DNA from: Pelagomonas calceolata
Lineage: Eukaryota
Direction of reading: 5' to 3'
Assembly (NCBI GenBank): GCA_918797485.1
Contig: CAKKNE010000003.1
Location: 2,604,001 to 2,668,000, forward strand
Length of the DNA: 64,000 bases
Shown one piece after another: positions 21,554 through 32,708 of the stretch. Both the position numbers and the translations under genes were made by a program. Each line of letters begins with the position of its first letter. Within the stretch, counting starts at the first letter, position 1. Below the pieces are notes generated by a model, which did not search any database, had not been told where the DNA came from, and saw only the letters and a list, made by a program, of their open reading frames with translations.

Positions 21554-22357
21554 ATGGCCGAGGACGAGATCTACGAATATGTCCCACCGAGCGCCGCCGC
21601 CCCCGAAGACGCCGCGCCACCCCCACAAACCGAGGGCCTGGACACGGCGCCGCTCGTTTCCAGTGAAGAGGCCTTCCGCGCGGCGGCTGCGGGTTTAACA
21701 AGAGACGCGGCGGGCCGCGCGCTGCACGGGGGCCGCGCGCCGCAGCGCAGCGCGTTCGAGCACCCTCGTTTAAAATTGGCGCGGCTGCGGCGGGAGACCG
21801 ACGAGCTGAGCAAGGATTTAGCTGCGGCGCCGGAGGCCTACGACGGGCGGACCGCGGCGGCGCTGCTGCACGACGTCGAGGACCTGCGCCTGTCGCTCCA
21901 GCGCCTCGCCGCGGGGCTGCCCGCCGAACCGCCGGCGCCGCCGGCCTCGTCGGCGGCCGCGGCCGCGGCCGCCGCGCGCCGCGCGGCCGACGCCGCGCTG
22001 GCGGGCGTCGCGGCGCGAGCCGCGGCGCCGCCGCCGCCGCCCGACGCCGCCGCGCCGGCGGACGCGTCCGCGAAGACGCTCGCGGCGCTCGCCGCCGACG
22101 CCGCGGCGCTTGGGGCGCATTCGGACGAGGACCGGGGGCCCGTCGCGGCCGTGCTGCGGCGCCTCGCTGAGTTAAGGGAAGTGCACGGCGATGCCGCGGC
22201 GGCGGCCGCGGCGCTGCCCCGCGCACGCCTCGAGCTCGCTGCGGTCGAGCGGCGCATCGCGGCCACGGACGCGTCCCTGAAACGCGTCGCCGAGGCCGTG
22301 CGGGCGCTGTCCGACCCCGAGGCGTCGACGGCGGACTCGGACGCGGGGCACTTCTGA
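21554..22357 (+). CDS. Dynactin subunit 2 (dynamitin)-like coiled-coil protein
   Basis: DEIYEY, EHPRLKLARLRRETDEL and VLRRLAELREVH resemble dynamitin conserved blocks. Confidence 0.55.
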   Translation: MAEDEIYEYVPPSAAAPEDAAPPPQTEGLDTAPLVSSEEAFRAAAAGLTRDAAGRALHGGRAPQRSAFEHPRLKLARLRRETDELSKDLAAAPEAYDGRTAAALLHDVEDLRLSLQRLAAGLPAEPPAPPASSAAAAAAAARRAADAALAGVAARAAAPPPPPDAAAPADASAKTLAALAADAAALGAHSDEDRGPVAAVLRRLAELREVHGDAAAAAAALPRARLELAAVERRIAATDASLKRVAEAVRALSDPEASTADSDAGHF

Positions 22358-22391
22358 TGTTGTTAAGGTTATTTACGAACAGATAGATATC

Positions 22392-23162
22392 TCAGAGCAG
22401 CTTCCGCAGGAACTCGAGGTACGCGTCGTCGGCGAGGTAGCCGTCGAGCTCGTCCTTCGCCGCCCAGACGTAGTCCGCGCAGGCCGGCGGCCCCGAGGCG
22501 TAGGGGTCGACGACGATGGCCTTGGCCACGAACTCGCGCCGGTAGCCGTCCGCGTCCGCGTCCCAGACGCCGACGGGCGCCGCGCCTAATACATAAGTGT
22601 ACAGGTCGTCGCCGCAGTGCTCGTCGAGCGCGCGGAGCGCGGCGTCGCGGACGGACTCCTCCTCGTCCAGCGCGACGCCCGGCAGCGTCCACGCGCCGCC
22701 GCTCTTCACCAGCAGGTAGAGCGAGTCGGCGAGGCGCCGCTCGAGCGATTGGCGGTCATCGGCGCGGTCGGCGTCCGTCTCGCGGTTCGCGAGCGCGAGG
22801 ATCTCCTCCGGTATATTCTTTGGCGGGCCGCTCCTCTCTTTTGGTGCGCCGCGCGCGCCGGCGTTGAGCACGGACGGCGGATAGTCAAAACCTTCAAATT
22901 CCTCGAGCCGTGCCTGGAGCTCCCACATCTCGAGCTCCCAGTCCTCGGGGTCCGGCATCACCACGGGCGTGCGCTCGACGGCCGTCGCCACGTGCAGCGC
23001 CGGCGCGCCGTGCGCGGCCTCCAAGGCGTCGCGCCGGTCGCGCAGGCCGGCGAGGTACGCGCGGCGGTTTGCGCGTGACGGGCGGTGCTGCGCCGCGGCG
23101 TCGCTGCTGAGACGACGGCGCTGCGCTCGCCGCGCCTGGCGCAAGGCGATGCGGCGCAGCAT
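22392..23162 (-). CDS. MRPL46: Mitochondrial ribosomal protein mL46
   Basis: VERTPV, RETDADRADDRQSLERRLADSLYLLVK..W and a NUDIX-like C-terminus. Mitochondrial-type presequence. Confidence 0.8.
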   Translation of the reverse strand: MLRRIALRQARRAQRRRLSSDAAAQHRPSRANRRAYLAGLRDRRDALEAAHGAPALHVATAVERTPVVMPDPEDWELEMWELQARLEEFEGFDYPPSVLNAGARGAPKERSGPPKNIPEEILALANRETDADRADDRQSLERRLADSLYLLVKSGGAWTLPGVALDEEESVRDAALRALDEHCGDDLYTYVLGAAPVGVWDADADGYRREFVAKAIVVDPYASGPPACADYVWAAKDELDGYLADDAYLEFLRKLL

Positions 23163-23292
23163 GGGTGCTTAGTGGTGCGCGGCGTCGCACTGGTTCTACC
23201 TAGCACAATTTCTTTAGTAGAGATCCTAGCAGCGCGTGAGTCTGCCCTTAATATGCAGCGCAGCTCGATATGCGCTTGCGCCCAAAACGCCG

Positions 23293-23314
23293 CTAGCGGT
23301 GTGTAACACACTAG
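23293..23314 (-). promoter_or_regulatory. CTAG-bounded intergenic motif copy
   Basis: CTAGCGGTGTGTAACACACTAG in a divergent region. Confidence 0.6.
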
Positions 23315-23405
23315 AGCAAGCAGGGGTCTCTTGCCCCCCGAGGTATTTGAGGCACCAGACAAGGCATCAGACGAGCATAGTTTGATATAAGCCTCTCTCA
23401 CAGCC

Positions 23406-24346
23406 ATGATTCCCTTACGGCCGGAACTGTTCACGTTTACGGACCCAAAATCACTGTGCCTATTGACCTGCACAGCAAGACGCTGCGCAAAGACGTGCGC
23501 GAGAGCAAGGCCTGGGCGCGGCTCGCCGAAGCACAGCTGCCGCCAGCCAGACCGCGCGACGCGGCGAGCGAGGCGCTCTCGCACGTCCGCTCGCAAGTGC
23601 GCCGCCGACTCCTCGTCGACTCACTCTTGTGGTCGACGCCGCCGCCGACGGTTCGGCCGAACAAGTTCGATGATTTTACGTACTTTGCGCGCTTCTCGAC
23701 GGACGACGGTCGCGTGTTTTGGGAGGGCGACCTAAAGCGCTGCCCCGAGCAGAAATGGGGCTATACTCTGCTTCTGGACGACGTTTGGGCTGAAATAACA
23801 CGATCGGAGGGCTGGGATGAGATGGAAACTTTCCTCAGTATTTCCACGCACATTGAGCATGAAATGGAGTGGCGTGATGCCCTTGACCAGTCCCTGGCCC
23901 GCATGTCAATTACCCTTGTTGCGATTAGGGACGAGGATCAAGCTATGGTTTCTCTTGGTCACATGCGCTACGATGCATGTAACGGCACTGCAGGTCAAGC
24001 TGAGCAAGAATACATTTTCCGACCTCACCAGGGCATTCACCACGCTACACTGCCCCTCTTTCAATCAACGCGTTTTTACTTGAATCCGACAGCGAGCTTG
24101 CACGTCACGCACGACACAACCGGTGATGGCACACTTGATCATCTTGAGTTCAGGCTCGAGCATTACTCTCGTGAGGCGATTGGTTCTCATAACTCGGAAG
24201 GTTTCGTCGACATACTCGAGCGGCATCGATACGAATACCTGCTCAGCTATCTCGCAGGAGTGCATCATCACGCTCGCGGACAAGCGCTTTCGACCATCGA
24301 GAACTGGCATATCCAAGCAATAGCCGCGGGGATTGTTAACGGGTAA
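23406..24346 (+). pseudogene. Hypothetical protein with F-box-like N-terminus and apparent 1-nt frameshift near 23474
   Basis: Frame 23406 gives MIPLRPELFTFTDPKSLCLLTCT and the -1 frame continues SKTLRKDVRESKAW to the stop at 24346. Confidence 0.45.
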
Positions 24347-24392
24347 GACATAGTAAGAAGCCCCTTACGCGACGAGAGCCCCCCCACTAGAA

Positions 24393-25175
24393 CTAGGCGA
24401 GCATGTCCTCGAAGACGCCCTTGACGCGAACCATCCCTTGCTGCTGCAGCGCCATCTCGCGCTCCATCCTTTCTACATCCTCTTTGCCGCCCCTTAAGAC
24501 CATGAGCGTTTCGGTTTCTTCGTCGTTCGCTGTGAGTTTTACTTTGAACTCCCTATCTTCGTTTTCTTGGGCACTGCCCCAGTAGAAGACTCCTGCATAC
24601 GGTCCAAGCAAACATAAACCGAACCAGTAGTTGCCGACCGCCGGGAACTGGATCTGCAGCACCAAGGCGAGACTTCCAAGACAGACGAGCGTCACGAACG
24701 ACAGGAAGAACGCCTGCGACTTCGAGGCCGCGATCTTGCCGCGAAACGTGATCGTCTCGCCGGCGTCGGCCACTTCATAGTTGTTCGCCTGCATGTAGGC
24801 CATGACGTCGCCCGCTATTTCCCGCATCGGCCGGCCGCCGCCCGGCGCGTTCTCGCCGGGAAACTCGTACGTGTTCTGCACTAGAGCTACTTTCGTCGCG
24901 CGCTTGATCGTCGACCACAAACCCGAGAAGGACAGGACGTACAATCCGAGCGTGGCGTATAACGAGGCGTAGCTGCCCTGGAAGCCCTCGAAGTCGTAGG
25001 CCGTCGTCAGGGTGGGCGCTATCACATTTGGGTCAAGGACGGCGGGTCGCCGCAACGGTTGCCTCATCGGCGTCGTTCGTCGGCGGCAGCGCGCGGGCGG
25101 CGCGACGAGCGCCGCGCCGCGGCTTGCCAGCGTCAGGCTCCACCACGCCAACGCGGTGCATCTCCGTCGTGGCAT
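24393..25175 (-). CDS. CCB1: Cofactor assembly of complex C subunit B, CCB1 (cytochrome b6 heme attachment)
   Basis: SLYATLGLYVLSFSGLWSTIKRA, GETITFRG..AASKSQAFFL, PYAGVFYW and GMVRVKG. Confidence 0.85.
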   Translation of the reverse strand: MPRRRCTALAWWSLTLASRGAALVAPPARCRRRTTPMRQPLRRPAVLDPNVIAPTLTTAYDFEGFQGSYASLYATLGLYVLSFSGLWSTIKRATKVALVQNTYEFPGENAPGGGRPMREIAGDVMAYMQANNYEVADAGETITFRGKIAASKSQAFFLSFVTLVCLGSLALVLQIQFPAVGNYWFGLCLLGPYAGVFYWGSAQENEDREFKVKLTANDEETETLMVLRGGKEDVERMEREMALQQQGMVRVKGVFEDMLA

Positions 25176-25301
25176 GGTCAACGCGGGCTCCGTCTGTCCC
25201 AAGGCAGTGCAGTGATTTATTGAGGCGTGCTGCTGAGAGAATTTGGAGCTTGCCTGGGGCCTACAGCCTGGTGCAATGTAAATTACGCAGCATCAAGCCA
25301 G

Positions 25302-25323
25302 CTAGCGTGTCGAAACACACTAG
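25302..25323 (-). promoter_or_regulatory. Degenerate CTAG-bounded motif copy
   Basis: CTAGCGTGTCGAAACACACTAG in a divergent region. Confidence 0.45.
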
Positions 25324-25548
25324 CCTCGAAATCTACACTCGCTTGCTCCACAAGGTTAAAGAAGGAGCTACAGGGACGCAAGGTCCGCCATCAGACTCCT
25401 CTACAAGATCATCGCCCGGCGCGACCATCGCAGAAGTCGGCAAGGCCCAAGGGGCAGCCCCCATATTATCTCTACCCAAAGTAAGCCACAGGGCAGGGGC
25501 AGCCCATCTCCCCAAAGGAAGCCACAGGGCCGCTACTCCGCGCAAACC

Positions 25549-26724
25549 ATGTGGAACGACCTCTCCGCCTACCTCTGCGGCTGCGTCGACCCCGTCGACG
25601 AGAGCCCGCGCCACGTGCACCTCACGCGCGAATACGACGACGACAGCGCCGACGCGACGAGCCGCGAGATCTTGGCCGCCATCCGGCCGACCCAGGTCGC
25701 GCCGGCGCCCGACGACTCGTCCGAGAGCGAGCTCGAGGACGTGCGGTCGCCGCGGCCGGCGTTCGTGCGGCAGATGTCGCGAAGTGCAAAAGCAATCCCT
25801 CCGATCCCCCTCGTCGACGACGGCGGCGCGCCGCTGCCACCGCCGCCGACGCCTGCCGTCGCTACGGACGTCTCCGACGTGGCGGTCGTGCGGCCCGACG
25901 GCCGCGGCGTCTTCGGCGCGCTGCGGCTCGGCGTCGAGCGGTCCACGCGGCAGTTGGTGAGCGTCGAGGACGTCGAGGGGGAAGTGCAGGCGCTGCGTAA
26001 AGCGGCGCGCGCCGCTGCGTGCCCCCAGCTCGTCGCGGTGCATGGTGTCGGCCCTGCCCCGAAGGGCGGCGCGCGCGTCGTCACGGAATATTTAGATGGA
26101 GGCTCGCTGCGCGACATCGCTGTGAAGAAGGACGGCTTGGCTGGGGACGAGACCGTGCTCCTACATATCGCGGGCGAGGCGCTGAAGGGCCTCGCCTTCC
26201 TCCACGCGCGGCAGCTGACCCACGGCGCCGTCGCGCCGGCGTCGATCCGCCTCGGGAGGGACGGCCGAGTCAAGCTCGCCGGCGCGGGCTTCGGGCTAGA
26301 GGGCCCGGCGCAGTACGTCGCGCCGGAGCTCAAAGGAAGAGCGACGAAAACGCCCGAGGGAGACGTCTGGGCGCTCGGCCAGGCGCTCTTCGCCGCGGCG
26401 TCGGGCCGCTTCTGCGCGCGCCAGCTCGGCGGCGAGCCGAAGTTAGATTCTCCTTATTCTGCGGACGCGGCCGCGCTCGTGCTGCACGCGTCGCGGCGCG
26501 ATCCGGAGCTGCGGGCGACGGCCGCGTTCCTCCTCGACGCACCGTGCCTCACCCTGCGCGAATGGCCTTTTCCGCCGGGCCTGACCGCCGCCGTCAACAC
26601 TGCCCTGGGCCCTTCTGCTGAGACGGACGAAGATAGGATGGCTCTCGTGGAGCGCGCCGTGGCAGCACCACCACCAACGCGGGACGGTAGCAAGAAGTTC
26701 CTGGACGAGGTATTTGATAAGTAG
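25549..26724 (+). CDS. STE/MAP2K-like pseudokinase
   Basis: EYLDGGSL, LKGLAFLH, YVAPE and GDVWALG are present. The HRD motif reads HGA and the DFG motif reads GAG. Confidence 0.7.
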   Translation: MWNDLSAYLCGCVDPVDESPRHVHLTREYDDDSADATSREILAAIRPTQVAPAPDDSSESELEDVRSPRPAFVRQMSRSAKAIPPIPLVDDGGAPLPPPPTPAVATDVSDVAVVRPDGRGVFGALRLGVERSTRQLVSVEDVEGEVQALRKAARAAACPQLVAVHGVGPAPKGGARVVTEYLDGGSLRDIAVKKDGLAGDETVLLHIAGEALKGLAFLHARQLTHGAVAPASIRLGRDGRVKLAGAGFGLEGPAQYVAPELKGRATKTPEGDVWALGQALFAAASGRFCARQLGGEPKLDSPYSADAAALVLHASRRDPELRATAAFLLDAPCLTLREWPFPPGLTAAVNTALGPSAETDEDRMALVERAVAAPPPTRDGSKKFLDEVFDK

Positions 26725-26730
26725 TCATAT

Positions 26731-29700
26731 TTACGCGGCGAACGCCTTCGCCGCCGCCACAACCGCCGAAGCGTCGTCGCCCTTCGCCGACCCCTGCGCG
26801 AAGGTCGGCTTGCCGCCGCCCCGCCCGCCGAGCGGCTCCAGCGCCGCGTTGAGCCACGCGCCGGCCGGCGCCAAAGCATGCCCGTCAGGCACCGCCGCGA
26901 ACGCGCCCACCTTCCCGCCGCCGCCCGCGACCACGAAGAGCGCCAGGTCCGGGTGCGCCTTGTGGATTTTTTTGGCGAGCTTGCCGACACTTTTCCCGTC
27001 GACGCCCGCGGGGACCTCGACCACCACACTTGTATGACCAGCCGCGGCGGCCTCGTCGCACTTCTCGACGACGACCTCGGCCGCGGCGCCGGCCGCCGCC
27101 GCGCCCTTTGCTTTCTCCTTTGCGGCCAATCTTTTCGCGACGGCTTCGAGCGACGCCCTCAGCTTCGGCTTCAGGGCCGCGGAGCACGTCGCAGCGTCGA
27201 TGCGCGCCCGTAGCTCTTTCTGCTGCTCTTGTGATGGTGCTTCTTCTTTCTCAAGTGTTTGACAAGCAGCCAATAACTCATCACCAACTCGAGCGGCCTC
27301 GGCGGCCTTCCCATTCGTCACCGCTTCCACCCTCCGGACACCTTTGGCCACGGCCTCCTCGCGCGTGATGACGAAGCGCTGCGCATCGCCCGAGGCGAGA
27401 GAATGCGTGCCCCCGCAGAGCTCGATCGACGCCGCGCGCCACTTGGCATTTGAGGGGTCCGCGCGCACATCATCTAACGTATCCTCCCCCAAACCGACGG
27501 CCACCACCCTAACGGGATCGGGGTAGTTCTCCCCAAACACAGCTCTCAATGACTCTATTTGCATAGCTTCGTCGAGCGGCACCAGAGCTCGCTGCACCGG
27601 ATCGTTTTTCTCAATAACACCGTTCACCAATGCTTCCACTTCTTCCAATTCATCAGTAGTTAGTGCTTTGCCGTGCGAGAAGTCGAAGCGCAACCGTTCC
27701 GCGTCGTTATCCGAGCCGCGCTGCGCGACGCCGTCTCCCAATTTGGTCCACAAGGCCCAATTGAGGGCGTGGGTCATGGAGTGGTTGATGGCGTTCCTCC
27801 TCCGGTTCTCGGCGTCGACTTTTGATTCTACAGAAGCAGATACGCGGATAGACCCTTCCGTGGCCACACACGTGTGCAGCACGTAGCCCGCGTAGGCCTG
27901 GACGTCCCGCACCTCCAGTGAGACGCCGTCCACTTCTATGACACCCACATCATTTTTCTGGCCGCCGGCCTCGGCGTAGAAGGGGGATTCATCTAGTACG
28001 ACGCCGACGGGTCCGTCACTCAGATCTCGTGCCTCGACTCGTTGTAAGGCACCGCTCTCATCCACAATGAACAGCGCCTGAACAACACCACTACCGCTCA
28101 CGGCGTCGTCCTTCACAGCATCGGCAACCGCAGACTGTGTTGTTTGAGAGACGCCAGAAGCTAGTAAGGCAGCGGTCTCGGCCGCACCCAGCTCAATCGT
28201 CGCCGAACCGAGAGCCGCCGCTGCTTTCGCCTGGCGGTCGGCCCTTGATCGCTCGACTTGCGTCTGCATCTCCTTCTCGAAGCCATTCACATCAACCCCG
28301 TACCCTTTCTCCCGAGCCACGAGTTCGGTCAGGTCAACCGGAAACCCGAGCGAATCATACAAGAAGAAGGCCGCTTCACCGGACAGCGTCCCGTCGCTCT
28401 TGGCGAGCTCCTCGTCCAAGTATCGGAGGCCCCTCTCAAGGGTCTTTTCAAAGGTCGCCTCTTCCTCTTGTAAGACACTTACCACTCGATCTAATTCATT
28501 GCGTAGTTCCGGGTAGGCGTCGCCATAAGGTGATGCGGCTAATGCGGGCGCGAGCTTGGAGAAGAATCCGGGTTGAGCACCTAACGTCTGGACGCCGTAG
28601 CGCACGGCTCTCCGTAGAATTCTCCTCAGCACGTAACCTCTACCTTCATTCGACACCACGGCACCGTCGGCGATCGCGAAACATAAACACCTGATATGGT
28701 CCGCCACGGCTCTGTAAGCGGTGTCCCTCAACCCCACATCCTCGTCCCCTAACTTGCCTTGGTACGGCGCAGAGCCCTCCGGGAGTAATTGGTGTGTAGC
28801 ATCGAACAAGAACTGGAACGCGTCCGTGTCGTAGTTCGACGGCTTCTCATTCAAGATAGCCACCAGTCTTTCCAAGCCTAATCCCGTATCTACGTGTTTG
28901 GCAGGTAACGAAGATAACTCGCCCGTCCGGCCGTCCCGGTTGAACTGGATAAACACGAGATTCCAGATCTCGATGACCGACGCGTCGTCCATGTTGACCA
29001 AGGGTGCGGCATCTCTGCCACCGATGCAGTCGTAGTGGAGCTCCGTGCAGGGGCCGCAGGGGCCTGCGCGGGCGTGGCGTGTGTGTCGCGAGTCCAATTA
29101 CGCCGTCGCGACGGTGCATGAAAGCTGAAGGTTCGGACGCCGCCTCGGACCAGAATCGCCCATCTCCCAGAAGTTGTCCGCCTTGTTTCCTGGTAAGACT
29201 CGCTCAGGTGCAAACCCGGCATCCAACCACAGTTGCTTTGCCTCGAGGTCGGGCTCCAAGCCGTCGCCGCCCTCGAAGTAGGTCGCGTACAACCTCTCCT
29301 TGTCCAACCCGTAGACGTCGCACATCAATTCGGTAGCCCACTGGATCGCTTCGGCCTTGAAGTAGTCCCCAAAACTCCAGCTACCCATCATCTCGAAGAA
29401 CGTGTGATGGTACGTGTCGAGGCCCACGTCTTCCAGGTCGTTGTGCTTGCCTCCCGCCCTTATACATTTTTGACTGTTTGTGGCTCGCGTCAAGCCTTCT
29501 AAGCTTGTACCGGGTTCCACTTGCCCCAAAAAAATAGGCTTAAATTGGTTCATTCCCGCATTGGCGAACAGTAGCGTGGGGTCGCTCAACGGTACGACCG
29601 GCGAGGACTTGACGAAACTGTGTTCCCTCTTACTCTCGAAGTAGTCCGTGAAGGCCGTCCTTGTCCTTGAAACGGTCCACGCCTCTCCACTAAACCGTCT

Positions 29701-29790
29701 AGTTAAGTGTCGTGCTTTGTGCGTCGGGCCTCTCAGTGCTTGGACGGGCCGCAGCACCGCCAGGAGCATGGCTACGCTTGGTGAGCGCAT
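26731..29790 (-). CDS. alaS: Alanyl-tRNA synthetase, probably organellar; join(29790..29151,29063..26731)
   Basis: [75 protein letters not shown] and GRGGGK. 87-nt GT..AG intron at 29064-29150 contains an in-frame stop. Confidence 0.95.
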
Positions 29791-30298
29791 CCGTGCGCGC
29801 CCCGCGTCACCGCGTCGCTCTGCCTTGCTGCCAGCACTCTCCGGAGCTGCTCGCTGCAGGCCACGAACTGCTCTACCTAACGCCCGCCCGGCACTTCTGG
29901 AGCTATATTGTGACCTCCTGACGCCCCGGTTGCCCCCGCGCGCAGAGAGCACAGAGTTGACGTCCAGCGTGTTTTACGTGACTTCTAGTGGGTTATACTA
30001 GCGTAAAACGCACGCTTCCGAAGCAAAGGTATGCCTACGCGACCCTAGAGACGTCTCCTACTTGCAACTGCCAGCGTAGTGGGGGCTTGATCCCATGAGG
30101 CCCAATTTCATCTGGCATTCGCACTCAGGCGCATTTGTGCGCGCATCGATGGAACGTCGCACAATCTGAGCCATTGAGAAGCGCACCGGGCCCGTACGCG
30201 ATCGGTGCGGCGACGCCCGACCATCGATAGCGGCACACAGAGCCAGTGGAGGCAGCCCCTCCGAGGCAGCAGCGGTTGAAAACGGGTGCGCGCCATCG

Positions 30299-30868
30299 AT
30301 GGAGGAAGTCGACGCCGCGGCGCCGGTCGCGCCGTTCGTGCAGCAGCTCTACAAGCTCGTGCACGAGGGGCTTCACATAACGTGGGCGGCCGACGGCGCC
30401 GCGCTGGTCATCCCGGACCCCACAAAATTTGCGGCGGACCGCTGCCCCGTCTACTTCAAGCATAGCAACTGGACGTCGTTCGCGCGGATGCTGAACATGT
30501 ACGAGTTCCGGCGGCGGAAGAGCGCCGACGGGAGCGCGGTCTTCGCGCATCCCCATTTCACGCGCGACGGGGCCCGGCTCGCGCGGGTGGTGCGGAAGAA
30601 GCGGGCGTCTTCATCATCTTGGGAGGACGTCGACGCGGTTGGCAAGTCATTGGCCGCGGAGGACGTCGCGCGGGCAGCGGCGTCGGGCGTCGACTGGCGT
30701 CACCGGTGCCGGGAGCTCCGGCGGCGCGTCGAACAGCTAGAGGCGGAGAACGCGCGGCTCAGGGACGAACCCGCCGTCGTCCCGAGGCAACGCGAGCCGC
30801 CCGACCGCACAACGTTCTGCGACGACCTCTTCAGCCCCAAACGAAGGCGGTCGGGGGGCTGCTTCTAA
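30299..30868 (+). CDS. HSF-type DNA-binding transcription factor
   Basis: PFVQQLY, ITW, YFKHSNWTSFARMLNMYEF and FAHPHF, followed by a coiled coil. Confidence 0.9.
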   Translation: MEEVDAAAPVAPFVQQLYKLVHEGLHITWAADGAALVIPDPTKFAADRCPVYFKHSNWTSFARMLNMYEFRRRKSADGSAVFAHPHFTRDGARLARVVRKKRASSSSWEDVDAVGKSLAAEDVARAAASGVDWRHRCRELRRRVEQLEAENARLRDEPAVVPRQREPPDRTTFCDDLFSPKRRRSGGCF

Positions 30869-30939
30869 ATATGTGTTTGTGATTCTTCTCACACCGGCAC
30901 GCCATCGCCGGGGCCGGACGTCGAAATTAAGGGTAGCCA

Positions 30940-31563
30940 TTACCCGGGCCTAAAGGGGGTGTCAGTATTGGGCCTAAAGAACGCGACCGAGTCGAGGACC
31001 CCGTCTAAACCCGCGGGCCACTTTTGTGCAGGCGCCGCGGCGCTCACGGTGACGGCCCAGTACTGGCCAGCCTCGCCCGCGTGGACCGTGAAGACGTCGA
31101 CCACTTTCTGTTGCGCCTGCTCGCTCGTCAGCACGTAGGCCTTGCGCTCGCCCTTCGTGGCCACGGCGACGTCGGCGGGCGTTCCCGGGGGCACGACCAT
31201 CTCCTTCACATCTGTTTCGGTGAGTGCTTTTTCGATGTCGACATAGAGCTGGTCGTTCGCGGGCACCATGCGCGCCTCTATACCAATGACGGCGCCGTCT
31301 TTCGCACTCTCGTCTGTGCAGGTCGTCACGCGGTTGCCGGCCACCAGCCCCATAAGCGCACCCGTGCCGCGGCACCGCCAGCCCTTGGGGTACTGGAAGC
31401 GCAGGCCGATCGTACCGTCCTCGAAATTCACGAAATTTTCACTCGCCGCGTGTGCGGGCGCTGCAAACGCAGCGCTCACGCCGGCACCGAGGGCCGTCCT
31501 GCGGCTGAGGCCCAGCTTGTGGGCATTTGTCGAAACGAGCACAGCGCTGAGGCACCAGAGCAT
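30940..31563 (-). CDS. PsbP-like thylakoid lumen protein
   Basis: Signal peptide, twin-arginine LSRRTAL...PAHA, FQYPKGW and a C-terminal VLDSV. Confidence 0.6.
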   Translation of the reverse strand: MLWCLSAVLVSTNAHKLGLSRRTALGAGVSAAFAAPAHAASENFVNFEDGTIGLRFQYPKGWRCRGTGALMGLVAGNRVTTCTDESAKDGAVIGIEARMVPANDQLYVDIEKALTETDVKEMVVPPGTPADVAVATKGERKAYVLTSEQAQQKVVDVFTVHAGEAGQYWAVTVSAAAPAQKWPAGLDGVLDSVAFFRPNTDTPFRPG

Positions 31564-31703
31564 GGTGTGTGATCTAGTCCTGAGCATGAGTGTAGTTCGC
31601 CAGCGCTGCTCTCTGCTCGGGTGGAGCTGTGTAAAGCGGCTTCCTGTAACCAGATCTGGCAGGCGGCAGCAGCATAGGCACTTGCACTCGGACAAAAACG
31701 AGG

Positions 31704-31726
31704 CTAGCGGCTGTAAGACACACTAG
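31704..31726 (-). promoter_or_regulatory. CTAG-bounded intergenic motif copy
   Basis: CTAGCGGCTGTAAGACACACTAG in a divergent region. Confidence 0.6.
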
Positions 31727-32708
31727 GAATGCTCTCCAAGCATTTATTGGCTCTCTACTGCGATCTGGCCGGTGTGTGCGGTCTGCGAGACAAGATCTAG
31801 GCTACGCGTTGCTGCCAGACCGCGAGAAACTGCGCCTAGTACACAGATCCACAGATCCACGCCACACTCCAGGGGCACTCATCACAGCTGCGAGATGGCG
31901 GCATCGATGCAAAACGACGAAGCCATTGCTAGGAGCCTGCAGTACCAGGAGCAGGATGCGGCAAGTGAACGCCGGGCGACGGCCAAGCGGCGCGCCGCCG
32001 CGGCATCGCCACGATGTTTCTGGGACTCCGCTTCAAACAGGAGGTCGATTTAGCTGACACGCGGCCCTTAGCGAAAGGGGCCGCTCGAGATTGATCACAA
32101 GTACAAGGCGAATGCGTACCAGTCCGATGACAAAAGCTCGCGCGTTGGTGGGTTGAGCTTGACCTTCGTCGTCACGTCGTAGATCCGCGCGACGCTCGAG
32201 CGTCTCGCAGCGGCCGCAGCCCGTGTCGCGAAATTTTGATCCAGAGAGTTGTATGCGGCCCGCGGCAGTCGCTGTTCCTGTGTCTTGTGTAAGTTTAAAC
32301 CCAACCTCTTTACTCCGCCCTTGTCCATACAAGCCTCCACGGCACGCATCTGGAGACCAAGGCGAGCTAACGGCGAGAGGTGGTCCAGGAGAACCCTGAC
32401 CATCTCTTCTGAGTTCCCGTCCTTGACGACCACACAGGTCGCGCCTTCGTTAGTATGACGGAGCACATCAGGATGGGTTAATACAGCACGGTTTCTTTTC
32501 ATGTTGAAAACTGCCTCTCTAGCGATAGGCACTTTGGCACTGTGATTTCTGCTTGGAGGCGCCGCACCGATCATAGCCGCCCTTTCTCGATCAGTGGGGT
32601 GGTCCTCCTGGGAGAGTTTGACGATGACTTCGTTTCCCACGCGCTCGACCGCGAGCGGGTGTTTTGCGACTCTGGGCCGTGGCTGGCCCTACTGGCGTCG
32701 ATGGTGGG

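Noticed and set aside
29098..29100. Stop-codon readthrough or recoding at in-frame stops in AlaRS (29098-29100) and the DDI1-like gene (32937-32939)
   Set aside because: Both stops lie inside canonical GT..AG introns whose lengths are multiples of three.
29064..29150. AlaRS intron as a definite introner
   Set aside because: Only 4 of 8 TSD positions match and no TIR is recognisable, so it is kept as an ordinary intron.
29964..30001. CCAGCGTGTTTTACGTGACTTCTAG / CTAGTGGGTTATACTAG as further motif copies
   Set aside because: Spacing and core deviate too much to count, although they lie in a divergent region.
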